DNA of 64,000 nt from Gemmatimonadaceae bacterium (GTDB lineage Bacteria; Gemmatimonadota; Gemmatimonadetes; Gemmatimonadales; Gemmatimonadaceae): the NCBI GenBank assembly GCA_031373905.1, contig JANMNM010000078.1, positions 25,387 to 89,386 of the forward strand, given 5' to 3'. A program made the position numbers and the translations under genes. Below the pieces are notes generated by a model. It was not told the DNA's origin. It was given only the letters and a program-made list of their open reading frames with translations, and did no database searches. This document shows positions 10,197 to 20,061 of this stretch, piece after piece; the stretch's first letter is position 1; every line of letters begins with the position of its first letter.

Positions 10197-11295
10197 ACGA
10201 ACTCTGCACGCGTTGGTCGACGACGCACTGGATAGTGCTGAACGTGACAAGGTGCAGTCACACCTGTCCACCTGCGGTGACTGTGCGCGGCGTTTCGCTG
10301 AAGCCACTGCGATGGCGCGTCAGGTGCACACCTTGCTGGGCGCGCTCGACGAACCACCGGCGCGCGTGCGCATCGATGCACCGGTTCGGCAGGAGGCTGT
10401 CACGCCGATCACGACAGCACCCGCGATGCGGAGGCGAGTGTTCACGCTGCGGCGCGTCGCGCTGGCGGCGAGCCTGATGCTGGTGGCAGGCGTGAGCTAT
10501 GAGCTGGGCAAGACCGGCGACGCAGCGGCCACCTCTCGCGCGTTGGCGTCGGCGAAGCAATCGGCGACGTCGGCACGACATGTGACAGCCGCGCCGAGTG
10601 TGGTCGATGCGCCTGACGTCCAGCAGGGGTTCACGCAGGCGGCGCCACCGGCTGCGATGCGTGCGCAGAGTGGACCGCGTGCGGAGTCGGACGTGCCGGA
10701 CAGTCGCCCTGATCGTGAAGCGGTGACGAGGAACGAAGTGCAGGCACCAGCCGCAGGACGTCCCGTCACCCCGCTGCCGATGCCGACCCCGCAGGTAGCG
10801 GTCGCGAGCGATGCTGCGGGACAGGGGGCGCGCGACCGGCAGCAGGCACCATCTGCGTCGCCGTCTGCGGCCCAGGAACAGAGCGCGACCCTGTCTGTCG
10901 GGGTGAGTGATTCGACAGCCCCGTCAAGGCGCCAGTCTGCTGGTGCAGCTGACGCGGCGGTGACTGGGCAGGCAACTGCTCAACAGCGGGCCGTTCGAAC
11001 GGCTGCGCCAAAGATGGCCCGGCTGTCCGGGTACACGTCGGTCGAAGAAGAGTCCGTGCCCTCGGTCACGCGCCGTCGATACGTGTCGACTGCGGGTACT
11101 CCCCTGCTGCTCGTCATCGTCCAGGCTGCGCTGACGCAGAAGGCCGGTGCGGCCAGCGATGCCGCTCCCGAGTTTGTCATCCGCACGTCTGGCGGTACGA
11201 CGGTGGTGCGGTGGACCTCGGGCGGGCGGAGCTACGAACTCACAGGAGCGCTCTCGCCCGACTCCCTGGTCAAACTCGCGACGCAGCTTCACTGA
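10180..11295 (+). CDS. Anti-sigma factor (zf-HC2), cognate to the upstream ECF sigma
   Basis: Start overlaps the sigma gene end by 17 nt. H-x3-C-x2-C motif (QSHLSTCGDCARRF), then a TM helix (VALAASLMLVAGVSY) and an extracytoplasmic domain. Confidence 0.8.
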   Translation: MSHVDERTLHALVDDALDSAERDKVQSHLSTCGDCARRFAEATAMARQVHTLLGALDEPPARVRIDAPVRQEAVTPITTAPAMRRRVFTLRRVALAASLMLVAGVSYELGKTGDAAATSRALASAKQSATSARHVTAAPSVVDAPDVQQGFTQAAPPAAMRAQSGPRAESDVPDSRPDREAVTRNEVQAPAAGRPVTPLPMPTPQVAVASDAAGQGARDRQQAPSASPSAAQEQSATLSVGVSDSTAPSRRQSAGAADAAVTGQATAQQRAVRTAAPKMARLSGYTSVEEESVPSVTRRRYVSTAGTPLLLVIVQAALTQKAGAASDAAPEFVIRTSGGTTVVRWTSGGRSYELTGALSPDSLVKLATQLH

Positions 11296-11314
11296 GCGCT
11301 CGCGGGCGGAGCGA

Positions 11315-11806
11315 TTACGGTTTCTTCCTTGCCTTCGGGTCAGGGCTCGTGCGGGTCATTTCCGTTGCGAGCTCAGTCCCCACCCTCGTTCCCCACGCCG
11401 AGCCGGCGAGGGACGAGTTGGCTCCGATGACGGGCGCGACAAGCAGCATGCGCTTTCCCGCCGGCGTCCTGTAGAACGCGATCAGGTTTCGAAGGTCGCT
11501 CTTGCTGAAGAAGAGCGTGTAGTCCTCCACCATCGGCGCGATCAGGACATCCACTTCCTGTTCTGCCCGGGCGAGGAACTTGTCCCAGAACGCCTGCGGG
11601 ACGGCCATCGTCGCCGCCTGCCGCGCGGTTGTCTCCCGCATGGTTCGGAGCACTTGCTGACGAAATTCGCCGACGGTGATCAGTTCCTGCATCAGCGCGA
11701 GTTTCTCGGCGTCCCGTGGCTCAGGAATCGTGTCGACTACCTGCGCGAGCGCAACGCGGTGGCAGAGCAGCAGAGCGGCGACGGCAGAGAGGCGGATCAT
11801 TCGCAT
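11315..11806 (-). CDS. DUF2059-like periplasmic protein
   Basis: Signal peptide MRMIRLSAVAALLLCHRVALAQV. The motif FSKSDLRNLIAFYRTPAGKRML resembles the DUF2059 core. Confidence 0.6.
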   Translation of the reverse strand: MRMIRLSAVAALLLCHRVALAQVVDTIPEPRDAEKLALMQELITVGEFRQQVLRTMRETTARQAATMAVPQAFWDKFLARAEQEVDVLIAPMVEDYTLFFSKSDLRNLIAFYRTPAGKRMLLVAPVIGANSSLAGSAWGTRVGTELATEMTRTSPDPKARKKP

Positions 11807-11865
11807 CTTCAGTCTTTCCTGTCGGGAAGGGTGTCGATCCGTGGCGCTGCGCAATGCGAACCGCG

Positions 11866-13278
11866 CTATTCGCGGTATGGCGAGCCACTGCCGCTGCGTC
11901 CACCGCCGCGCCGGCGTCGCCGCTGTGCAGCATCGGCGGACTCGGACGAGGTAGCGTTCGCTGCGGGCCGGGCCGACGACTGACGCGCCGCGCCCGAGGT
12001 GCTGCGACCAGCACTCGGCGCGCTGGCCGTGTTGCCCGCCTTTCGTGCGGCCTTTTCCGCCGCGCGTTGGCGGTCTGCCGCCTTTCGCGCCCGGATTTCC
12101 TTGATGCGCTCTGCAATCGGGACTTCAAAGACCTGAGCGGACCGGGCCGCGTAGTCGAAATCGGGCAGCGTGACCCGTGGGAGCCTACGCCCGACCGCCT
12201 TCTCGATCGCACGCACGTCGGCCTCTTCCTCGGGCGACACGAACGTGAAGGCATCCCCGGTTGCTTCGGCGCGCCCGGTACGACCAACGCGATGGATGTA
12301 GTCCTCAGGCTGTGCGGGCACGTCGAAGTTCACGACATGGCCGAGATCCGCGACATCGATCCCGCGTGCGGCGACATCGGTTGCCACGAGCACACGAATG
12401 CTGCCGTTCTTGAACCCGTCCAACGCCGCCACGCGCGCCGCCTGCGACCGGTTGCCGTGGATGCGCGCCGCCGAGACGCCATGCTTCTCGAGCAACTCGA
12501 AGAGGCGGTTGGCGCGATGCTTGGTCCGCGTGAAGACCAGTGCTTCCTTCATGTCTCCCCGCTGCAGCAGCTTCACGAAGAGCGCCGGCTTCAGGTCCTG
12601 CGACACCGGATACAGCGCTTGCGTGATGCCGCTGGCTGGCGCCGACTTTCGTTCGAGATTGATCTGGGCGGCATCCTTCAGCAGGTCGCGCGAGAGCTGC
12701 ACGATGGCGTTCGGCATCGTCGCGCTGAACAGCAGCACTTGCTTCTTCGCCGGCAAATACGCGAGGATGCGCTTGATATCCGGAAGGAAACCCATGTCGA
12801 GCATCCGATCCGCCTCGTCGAGCACGAGGTGCTGCACCCCAGCCAGGGAGGCGTACGGCTTCGACATGTGGTCCAGCAGTCGACCAGGTGTGGCGACCAT
12901 GAGGTCGGCCTTGGTGCGGAACGCGTGTTCCTGCGGGCCCATTCCCACACCGCCATAGATCGCGGCGCTGGTGAGCGGCGTGTGCACGGTCAGCGACTGG
13001 GCCGTCTCGAGCACCTGCAGTGCCAACTCGCGGGTCGGCACGACGATCAGTGCGCGTGTGGTCCCGCGCTTGCCGGCGAGCATCCGGTGCAGGATGGGCA
13101 ACAGAAACGCGGCCGTCTTGCCACTCCCCGTCTGCGCGCAGGCGAGGACGTCACGCCCATCGCGCGCGGGCGGGATCGAGTCGGACTGAATCGGCGTGGG
13201 CCGTGCGAACCCGAGCTCCTTGACGGCGGTCATGAGCGCCGGGTCAAGCGCCAGGGCTGCGAATGTCGGAACGGCCAC
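11866..13278 (-). CDS. rhlE: DEAD-box ATP-dependent RNA helicase
   Basis: Q-motif/TPIQ, AQTGSGKT, VLDEADRM, FSATMP and HRVGRTGRA motifs, plus an Arg/Ser/Gly-rich C-terminal tail. Confidence 0.92.
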   Translation of the reverse strand: MAVPTFAALALDPALMTAVKELGFARPTPIQSDSIPPARDGRDVLACAQTGSGKTAAFLLPILHRMLAGKRGTTRALIVVPTRELALQVLETAQSLTVHTPLTSAAIYGGVGMGPQEHAFRTKADLMVATPGRLLDHMSKPYASLAGVQHLVLDEADRMLDMGFLPDIKRILAYLPAKKQVLLFSATMPNAIVQLSRDLLKDAAQINLERKSAPASGITQALYPVSQDLKPALFVKLLQRGDMKEALVFTRTKHRANRLFELLEKHGVSAARIHGNRSQAARVAALDGFKNGSIRVLVATDVAARGIDVADLGHVVNFDVPAQPEDYIHRVGRTGRAEATGDAFTFVSPEEEADVRAIEKAVGRRLPRVTLPDFDYAARSAQVFEVPIAERIKEIRARKAADRQRAAEKAARKAGNTASAPSAGRSTSGAARQSSARPAANATSSESADAAQRRRRRGGGRSGSGSPYRE

Positions 13279-13351
13279 AGGTATTGGGTCAGGGATACAG
13301 GAGATCAGCTGCGGCGCTCTGCCGCAGCGATCCAGGGAAACCTACTCGGCT

Positions 13352-15079
13352 TCAGCCGCGATGGGTGGGGAAACGCCCGGACGGCTGCAACGCGCCATGT
13401 ATCGCGTCGATCAGTTGCGTGAGGGAGTACGGCTTCTCGAGTACGGTCTGGATACTCGCGTCGCGAAGCCGGTCCGGCGAGATCCGGACCGTGTAGCCGG
13501 TGCTGAGAATGATCGGCAGCGACGGCAAGCTCTCTCGCACGCGCTCAATCAGCGCGAGGCCGGTCATCTCCGGCATCGTCTGGTCCGTGATCAGCACGTC
13601 GATGGCGGTGTATTCGTCGAGCAGCGAGAGCGCCTCGTGGCCGCTGGCCGCGGTAATGACGCGCATGCCCGCGCTGACGATCCCGCGCTCCGCCGCCCGG
13701 AGTATTCCCGGTTCGTCATCCACCAGCAGGATCAGCGGTGCATCGTGCGGCACCACCGCGCGATCCCTCGGTGTGATGATCGATGTCGTTGGCGGGAGCG
13801 GCGCGAGTGCGGCACTGGCACCATCCGACGGCGGCGCGGTCATCGCGAACAGCAGCTCGAAGGTGGTGCCGCCCCCCTCGACGGAGTCGACGTGAACGGA
13901 CCCTTGATGCGAGAGCACGATGCCGTGCAGCACGGCGAGGCCCAGACCTGTGCCCTCGCCGATCGGCTTGGTGGTGAAGAACGGCTCGAAGATCCTCTGC
14001 CGGACGTCGTCGATCATGCCAGTTCCGGTGTCGCGGACGATCAGGCGGACGTAGGCGCCTGGCAGCAGATGCGGATGACGTCCCCGTTGATCCACCTCCT
14101 GAAGCATCACCGTGTCGACCGTCAAGCGCAGGATGCCGCCGTCGGTGCTGCGCATGGCGTATTCCGCGTTGCTGCAGAGGTTGAGCAGCAGTTGCTGCAT
14201 CTGCGTGGCGTCACCATCGATCCAGGCCTCGGCCGCCCGGATTTCCACCAGCAACTGCACGGTGCTCGGAATCGTCGCGCGGAGCAGCGTCTGCGTGTCA
14301 GTGATCAGCGCCGCAAAGTTGACCTTGGCACGAATGCGCGCGGATCGACGAGAGAAGAGCAGGATCTGCTTGACGATGTCTCTCGCCCTGTCGGTTGCCT
14401 GCACGATTGCCGTGAGTGATTCCGTGACGCCCGAGGAGTCCTTCTCCTTCATCGACAGTTGGGCAATTTCGGAGTTGGCGCGGATCACCGTCAGCAGGTT
14501 GTTGAAATCGTGCGCAACGCCTCCGGCCAGCGTGCCAAGTGCTTCGAGCCGCTGGCTGGCGAGCAACTGCGCCTCGAGCTCGCGACGTTCGCCCTCGAGA
14601 CGCCGCGTCTCGCGCAGGTCGCGGAGCTGGAAGTGATGCAGCTCACCGGCGTCGAGAGAGATCCTGGTCCGGCGCAGCGAGACTGGGATTATGGCGCCGT
14701 TCACCGCAGTCACATCCGTCTCGAACGAGACGGCATTGGCGGAGTCGTTCACACCGGCAGTGACTGAAATCCGCGCGATCTCCAGGCCGATGAGCCGATC
14801 GGCTGCTCCGCCAGCAAGGAGCGCAGTCGCGGCGGGATTCGCGGCGACGATGCGCCGGCCGTCCGACAGCAGTTGCGGGTCTGCGCCGCGATCGAAGAGC
14901 AACCGGAAACGCTCTTCGCTTGCGAGCACGTGGTGTGCCGAGTCTTCTGCGGCGCGCGCCCGCGCCACGAGTGTCGCGTGGCGCTGACGGAACCCCGCCG
15001 CGATCCCGGACACTGCCGCGAGCGACCCGATACCGACGGCCGGAAAGACCCACCAGTCGGTCACCACGATCGGCGGCAC
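13352..15079 (-). CDS. Hybrid sensor histidine kinase / response regulator (PAS-HisKA-HATPase-REC)
   Basis: H-box [12 protein letters not shown]2 box [15 protein letters not shown], and a C-terminal receiver ([11 protein letters not shown]...[14 protein letters not shown]). Confidence 0.9.
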   Translation of the reverse strand: MPPIVVTDWWVFPAVGIGSLAAVSGIAAGFRQRHATLVARARAAEDSAHHVLASEERFRLLFDRGADPQLLSDGRRIVAANPAATALLAGGAADRLIGLEIARISVTAGVNDSANAVSFETDVTAVNGAIIPVSLRRTRISLDAGELHHFQLRDLRETRRLEGERRELEAQLLASQRLEALGTLAGGVAHDFNNLLTVIRANSEIAQLSMKEKDSSGVTESLTAIVQATDRARDIVKQILLFSRRSARIRAKVNFAALITDTQTLLRATIPSTVQLLVEIRAAEAWIDGDATQMQQLLLNLCSNAEYAMRSTDGGILRLTVDTVMLQEVDQRGRHPHLLPGAYVRLIVRDTGTGMIDDVRQRIFEPFFTTKPIGEGTGLGLAVLHGIVLSHQGSVHVDSVEGGGTTFELLFAMTAPPSDGASAALAPLPPTTSIITPRDRAVVPHDAPLILLVDDEPGILRAAERGIVSAGMRVITAASGHEALSLLDEYTAIDVLITDQTMPEMTGLALIERVRESLPSLPIILSTGYTVRISPDRLRDASIQTVLEKPYSLTQLIDAIHGALQPSGRFPTHRG

Positions 15080-15462
15080 TCGCGGTAACGCTCGTTCATC
15101 GCTGCGGCTTGAGGGGGACGCTCATGGGTCGGCGCGAGAGCGCCCGCGGTGACCTGGCTCGCCGACCGTCGCATCGCATGCGGTGTCATGAAGAAAGTCT
15201 GGATGTAGGTGCCGCAGCACGATCGTCCTGGACGAGAGCGCTCAAACGCAGCGGTCATGTGACAACAATATGCGGGCCGGGTCAGCATGAAACATTATTC
15301 CTGTCTAATGGACCAAGACGTTCCGAATTCAGGCGCGCAGCGGTAGCTGCGCGTGCGTTGGCGTCAACGGGGCGGCATCAATGTGGCTCCGCGCGGAGTC
15401 TGTCCATCGACTCCGGCTGCATCCATCGCTCGAACGATGAGGTGATCGCCTGGTGCCACCGC

Positions 15463-15976
15463 TCACGTGACAGGTGTTGCAGAGTCGTCCCACAGGGGGC
15501 GGATGAAGGGCGGATCGTCGAGTGAATGTGGCCGGTTCGTTGCGAGGATCAGATCGAAGGATCTGTTGGCCTCGTTCTGTGCATCCACGAGCTGGATCGT
15601 CATCGCCATCACGGGCAACACGGAACGCGCGTAAGGGAAGCCTGCTCGTGTCGATCCGCGTATCGGCGGCGACACGGATGGCTGACGGCAGTCGAGCATT
15701 GCCGAGGGGCAGTTCGCGACTGCTGCACACCGGAGCGACGATCACGAGCTCCGCACCCTGCCGGATCCTCTTCCGGTACGACGAACGCGTGCCGTCCTTC
15801 CGCCACCGCGGCGGTACCTCGTCGTTCGTCGCGAGGCGCGTGTCATTCCCGGAGCGGAGTTGCTCGGCACGGTCCAGGCGAACAACTGCGGGGACTTTCG
15901 CAGCTGCGGGAACCTGCGTCGACATGACGGCCGGGAGCACCAGCAACAGCTTTGCGGAAACAGATCGAGGGTGCAT
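15463..15976 (-). pseudogene. Possible frameshifted secreted-protein gene (or two unrelated small ORFs)
   Basis: ORF 15329..15976 has a signal-like N-terminus and protein-like sequence only down to about 15650, then turns Arg/Ser-rich. The overlapping frame 15463..15699 becomes protein-like exactly there (AGFPYARSVLPVMAMTIQLVDAQNEANRSFDLILATNRPHSLDDPPFIRPLW). Confidence 0.3.
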
Positions 15977-16274
15977 AGGCCGGTATCCGGTGAGAAGGCC
16001 AGCCAGCTGACAAATCCAGTCGGTACGGTGCCTGACGCCGTCCAGATCTGCTGTCCAGTCGGGCTGAAACCGCAGGTCTCAGCGCACCGGACACCGTTCG
16101 GTCGGCTCATGCGTTCGCGACACCGAGCACATGGACAGGCGAGGCTGTGCCAACGCCCGAACCTCATACGGCGTACTCCAATTCGACAGGGTGCGCCGTT
16201 GCGGCCCCCACGTCCGGTCCGGAGTCGCGTGGTGCTCGCCGCGCACTCTGCTTTCTCTCCTTGCTTTGCGACTC

Positions 16275-19200
16275 ATGATGCCATGCAGTTCACTGGCGCG
16301 CCGACTGCGCCGATACGTAATGCCCCTCGCGGTGTTGGTCGCTGTTCCAGCTCTGCTGCGTGCGCAGGTCGGCGCGTCAACGGACATCATCACCGGCGTC
16401 GTCCGGACGCCGGCGGGCGTCGTGGTGGAGAATGCGCAGGTTGAGGCGCAGTCGACCGAGACGATGGTCACGCGTCGTCAACGCACGAACGCGCAGGGCA
16501 AGTACACGATCCTCTTCCCCGACGGTGGTGGCACCTACCGCCTGACCGTTCGCTACATCGGGTTCCAGCCTACGACGTTGACGGTGACGCGCAATGGCGA
16601 CGATGACCGCATCGTACGCAACATCGTGCTGGGTCAGAGCACTGCGCAGACGCTGGCGCGGGTGGAAGTGCGCGGACGTCGCACCCCGCAGCAGGGTCCA
16701 GGGGGCGGACCGCCGTCGCCGGGTGGAGCCGAGCGTGTCGTGGATGGTGGGCAGGCGGCCCGTCTGCCGGTCGATGCGTCGGATCCGACGGCCATCGCAG
16801 CGCTGGCGCCGGGTGTCGTGCTCACGGGTGCGGATACGTCCGGGGGTGGCGGCGCGGCGAACTTCAGCGTCGCCGGTCAGTCGTCACAGAGCAACAACGT
16901 GACGCTGGACGGCTTGTCGTTCGCGGCCGGGTTTGTGCCACAGGATGCGATTCGCGGTACCCGGGTCGTGACGAACACGTATGATGTCGCCCGCGGCCAG
17001 TTCTCCGGCGGTCAGGTCTCGCAGACGACGCGCAGCGGGACGAACCTCATTCAGGGCTCGCTGTCATACATCGGCCGGTACCGCGATTTCACGGTCGAGC
17101 AGGGCGGCACCACGGGTGCGTTCGGTGGCGCGTACAATCAGAACCAGTTTGGCGCGGGGATCGGGTTTCCGATCATCAAGGACCGACTGTTCTTCTTTGG
17201 CGCGTTGCAGGGCCGCCGGCGCGCCGACTTGTTGCCATCGCTGCTGGCGGCAGACGCCGACACGCGGGCACGGCTCGGCGCGTCACCCGACTCGGTGACT
17301 CGCTTCCTTTCGCTGGTGAATGGCTACGGCGTGGCGGGAGCCGGCGGTGTCATCGATGACAACCGGAACGCGGACAACGCGACGGTGCTCGGCCGCATGG
17401 ATCTGTCGATCACCGACGGCCAGACGCTGACACTGCGCGGCGACTGGCGCCTCGTGGACCAGACGCCGACGCGCGTCGGCTCGCTGGCGCTTCCGCAGAC
17501 CGGTGGTACGACGGAGAATCGTGGCGGCGGCGCGTCCGTCGTCCTGTCATCGCGGTTCGGGACCGGCATCATCAATGAGTTGCGCGCGGGGTTGCAGATC
17601 GACAACCGGACCGGAACCCCGTTCATCACCTTGCCGCTCGGTCGCGTGCAGGTGCTGTCGGACCTGAGTGACGGGACGCAGGGATTCTCCACGCTGCAGT
17701 TCGGCGGCAGCACGTCGTTGCTCTCGCAGAGTGACAACACCGTCTTCGAGGCGACCAACGAAACGTCGTTGCTGCTCAACGAGGGCAAGCATCGCGTGAA
17801 GGTTGGTGGGCTGATCAACCGGACCGGGTATACGCAGGATCAGGCGTTCAACCGGTTCGGGACGTACACGTTCAACTCGCTGGCGGATTTCCAGGCGAAT
17901 CGCCCGGCCACGTTCCAGCGCACGCTGGCGTCGCCGGAGCGCACGGGCAGCACGATCAACTCGGGCATCTACATCGGCGACACCTGGCGTCCGCGTGACG
18001 GGATGCAGTTCGTGTTCGGGGGCCGCTTTGAGGGGTCGTCATTTGACGGGGCACCGGCACGCAACCTCGCGGTGGATTCGGCGTTCGGCCGGAAGACCGA
18101 TGTGATTCCGACCGATGCCGCGTTCCTGCCGCGTGTCGGCTTCAGCTGGTCGCCGGCGCAGCCGCCGGGTGCCGGCGGTGGCAACCCATTCGGCAACGGA
18201 GCACTCACGATCCGTGGTGGTGTGGGTCGGTTCCGCGATGCACCAAATACGCAGCTCTTCTCCGGCGCGCAGACGGCGACCGGTCTGCCGTCTGGTGAAC
18301 AGTCGATCTTCTGCGTCGGGGCCGGCGTGCCGCTCCCGGATTGGACCGGCTTCTTCGCCAATCCGTCCACGATCCCTGCCGTGTGCGGCGCAGGCGGCCC
18401 GCCCGCACAGCTGAATACCGCGCGCAACGTCACGACGTTCGCCAGTGACTACAGCAACCCGCGGGCATGGCGCGCCTCGATCGGCGCGTCGAAGCGGATC
18501 TTCGGGCGCTTCAGCATGAATGTGGATCTGAGCGGTGCGCGCGGTGAAGCGCAGACAGGCTACCGTGACCTGAACCTCAATTCCACTCCGCAGTTCACGC
18601 TGTCATCCGAGGGGAACCGGCCGGTGTTCGTGCCGGCGTCCTCGATCATTGCATCAACCGGCGCCGTTCCGGTGCAGCTCTCACGCGTCGATCAGCGCTT
18701 CGGTTCAGTCTACGACGTGAACTCGCTGAACAAGTCGAAGCAGTGGCAGGCAACCGTTGCCATGAACGGGTTCACGAGCCGTGGCGCGATCGTCAATGCG
18801 AGCTACACCTACTCCGACGCGCGGACGCAGGGCGGTGTGGCCTTCGGCGGTGCATTCGGTGGCTTTGCGTCGGCCACGACTGCCGGCGACCCGAACGCGC
18901 AGGAATGGGCGGTCAGCTCGTTCAACCGCCGGCACAACATCATCGGCACGGTCACGCACCCGCTGACTTCGAGCTTCGAGATCACCGCCATCGGCCGCAT
19001 GACCTCCGGGTCGCCGTTCACACCGCTCGTCAGCGGCGACATCAACGGTGACGGCGCGCGCAACGATCGTGCATTCATCTACGACCCGGCGACGGCAGCC
19101 GATCCCGTGCTCGCCGACGGCATGACCAAGTTGCTCGCTGGCACCAGCAATTCCGCGCGCCGCTGTATTCAGTCCCAGCTAGGGTCGCTCTCGGCGCGCA

Positions 19201-19985
19201 ACTCGTGCTCAGGCCCCTGGCAGCCGAGCTTCGATCTGCAGCTCAACTGGCGCCCGACGATGTTCAACCTCGATCGGCGCCTGACGTTCTCACTCGTCAC
19301 GGCGAACCTGATCGGCGGTGTCGATCAGTTGCTGCATGGCTCTGACAACCTGCGCGGCTGGGGCTCGTTCACCCAGGCGGACAACACGCTGCTCTTCGTG
19401 CGCGGCTTCGATCCTGCCACGAATCGCTACAAGTACGAGGTCAATGAGCGGTTCGGTGCCGTGCGCGGGAACCAGACTGGCATCAGGCTGCCGTTCCAGG
19501 TCGGTTTCAACATCCGCTACACGCTCGGCCCCGATCAGACGCGTGATCGTCTCCGTGCTGCCTTCGGCGGCGGCCAGAATGGTCGTCTCACGGGATCGGG
19601 GATGGCTGCCGGGGTGGGACGTTTCTTCCCGAACGTTCCGCAACAGATCATTGATCAGCGCGACTCGATCGGCCTCACCGACGCCGACGTCGCGAAGCTG
19701 AAGGTGCTCGCCGACTCGATTCAGATCGAGGTGGACACGCTGACGGCGCAGGCGCGCGCGGTGCTGGAAAAGGAAGGCGGAAACCCTGATCCGGCGGTGT
19801 TGTTCGGTGTCAAGCTGCGACCGTTCTTCGAGAAGGGAACGCGTCTCCGCCTCGCCGGCCTGAATGGCGCCAAGGCATTGCTCGGTGAAGAGGTATGGAA
19901 GCGTGTGCCGGATCGGATCAAGACGCCGCAGGGCTTCGGTGGGCCGGGCGGTGGCGATGGCGGTCGCGGTCGTCCGCCAGCATGA
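16275..19985 (+). CDS. Oar-like TonB-dependent outer-membrane receptor with N-terminal carboxypeptidase-regulatory-like domain
   Basis: Signal peptide (MPLAVLVAVPALLRAQ), a CarboxypepD_reg-like block (ITGVVRTPAGVVVENAQVEAQS...GKYTILFPDGGGTYRLTVRYIGFQP), and a long Gly/Asn/Thr-rich barrel region. The 152 aa after the last barrel-like strand are atypical (see findings). Confidence 0.8.
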   Translation: MMPCSSLARRLRRYVMPLAVLVAVPALLRAQVGASTDIITGVVRTPAGVVVENAQVEAQSTETMVTRRQRTNAQGKYTILFPDGGGTYRLTVRYIGFQPTTLTVTRNGDDDRIVRNIVLGQSTAQTLARVEVRGRRTPQQGPGGGPPSPGGAERVVDGGQAARLPVDASDPTAIAALAPGVVLTGADTSGGGGAANFSVAGQSSQSNNVTLDGLSFAAGFVPQDAIRGTRVVTNTYDVARGQFSGGQVSQTTRSGTNLIQGSLSYIGRYRDFTVEQGGTTGAFGGAYNQNQFGAGIGFPIIKDRLFFFGALQGRRRADLLPSLLAADADTRARLGASPDSVTRFLSLVNGYGVAGAGGVIDDNRNADNATVLGRMDLSITDGQTLTLRGDWRLVDQTPTRVGSLALPQTGGTTENRGGGASVVLSSRFGTGIINELRAGLQIDNRTGTPFITLPLGRVQVLSDLSDGTQGFSTLQFGGSTSLLSQSDNTVFEATNETSLLLNEGKHRVKVGGLINRTGYTQDQAFNRFGTYTFNSLADFQANRPATFQRTLASPERTGSTINSGIYIGDTWRPRDGMQFVFGGRFEGSSFDGAPARNLAVDSAFGRKTDVIPTDAAFLPRVGFSWSPAQPPGAGGGNPFGNGALTIRGGVGRFRDAPNTQLFSGAQTATGLPSGEQSIFCVGAGVPLPDWTGFFANPSTIPAVCGAGGPPAQLNTARNVTTFASDYSNPRAWRASIGASKRIFGRFSMNVDLSGARGEAQTGYRDLNLNSTPQFTLSSEGNRPVFVPASSIIASTGAVPVQLSRVDQRFGSVYDVNSLNKSKQWQATVAMNGFTSRGAIVNASYTYSDARTQGGVAFGGAFGGFASATTAGDPNAQEWAVSSFNRRHNIIGTVTHPLTSSFEITAIGRMTSGSPFTPLVSGDINGDGARNDRAFIYDPATAADPVLADGMTKLLAGTSNSARRCIQSQLGSLSARNSCSGPWQPSFDLQLNWRPTMFNLDRRLTFSLVTANLIGGVDQLLHGSDNLRGWGSFTQADNTLLFVRGFDPATNRYKYEVNERFGAVRGNQTGIRLPFQVGFNIRYTLGPDQTRDRLRAAFGGGQNGRLTGSGMAAGVGRFFPNVPQQIIDQRDSIGLTDADVAKLKVLADSIQIEVDTLTAQARAVLEKEGGNPDPAVLFGVKLRPFFEKGTRLRLAGLNGAKALLGEEVWKRVPDRIKTPQGFGGPGGGDGGRGRPPA

Positions 19986-20006
19986 GCTGAGTCCTCAGCA
20001 CACGGC

Positions 20007-20047
20007 ACGCACGCGGCGCGATCCAGTCTGGGTGGCGCCGCGTGCGT
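20007..20047. terminator. Bidirectional stem-loop between convergent genes
   Basis: Perfect 13-bp inverted repeat ACGCACGCGGCGC (20007-20019) / GCGCCGCGTGCGT (20035-20047) with a 15-nt loop, followed by TTTC on the + strand. Confidence 0.6.
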
Positions 20048-20061
20048 TTCGTACCGGTCAG

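Noticed and set aside
11716-13422. 568-aa plus-strand ORF antisense to rhlE
   Set aside because: It has the same high-GC shadow-ORF signature, and the opposite strand carries all DEAD-box motifs.
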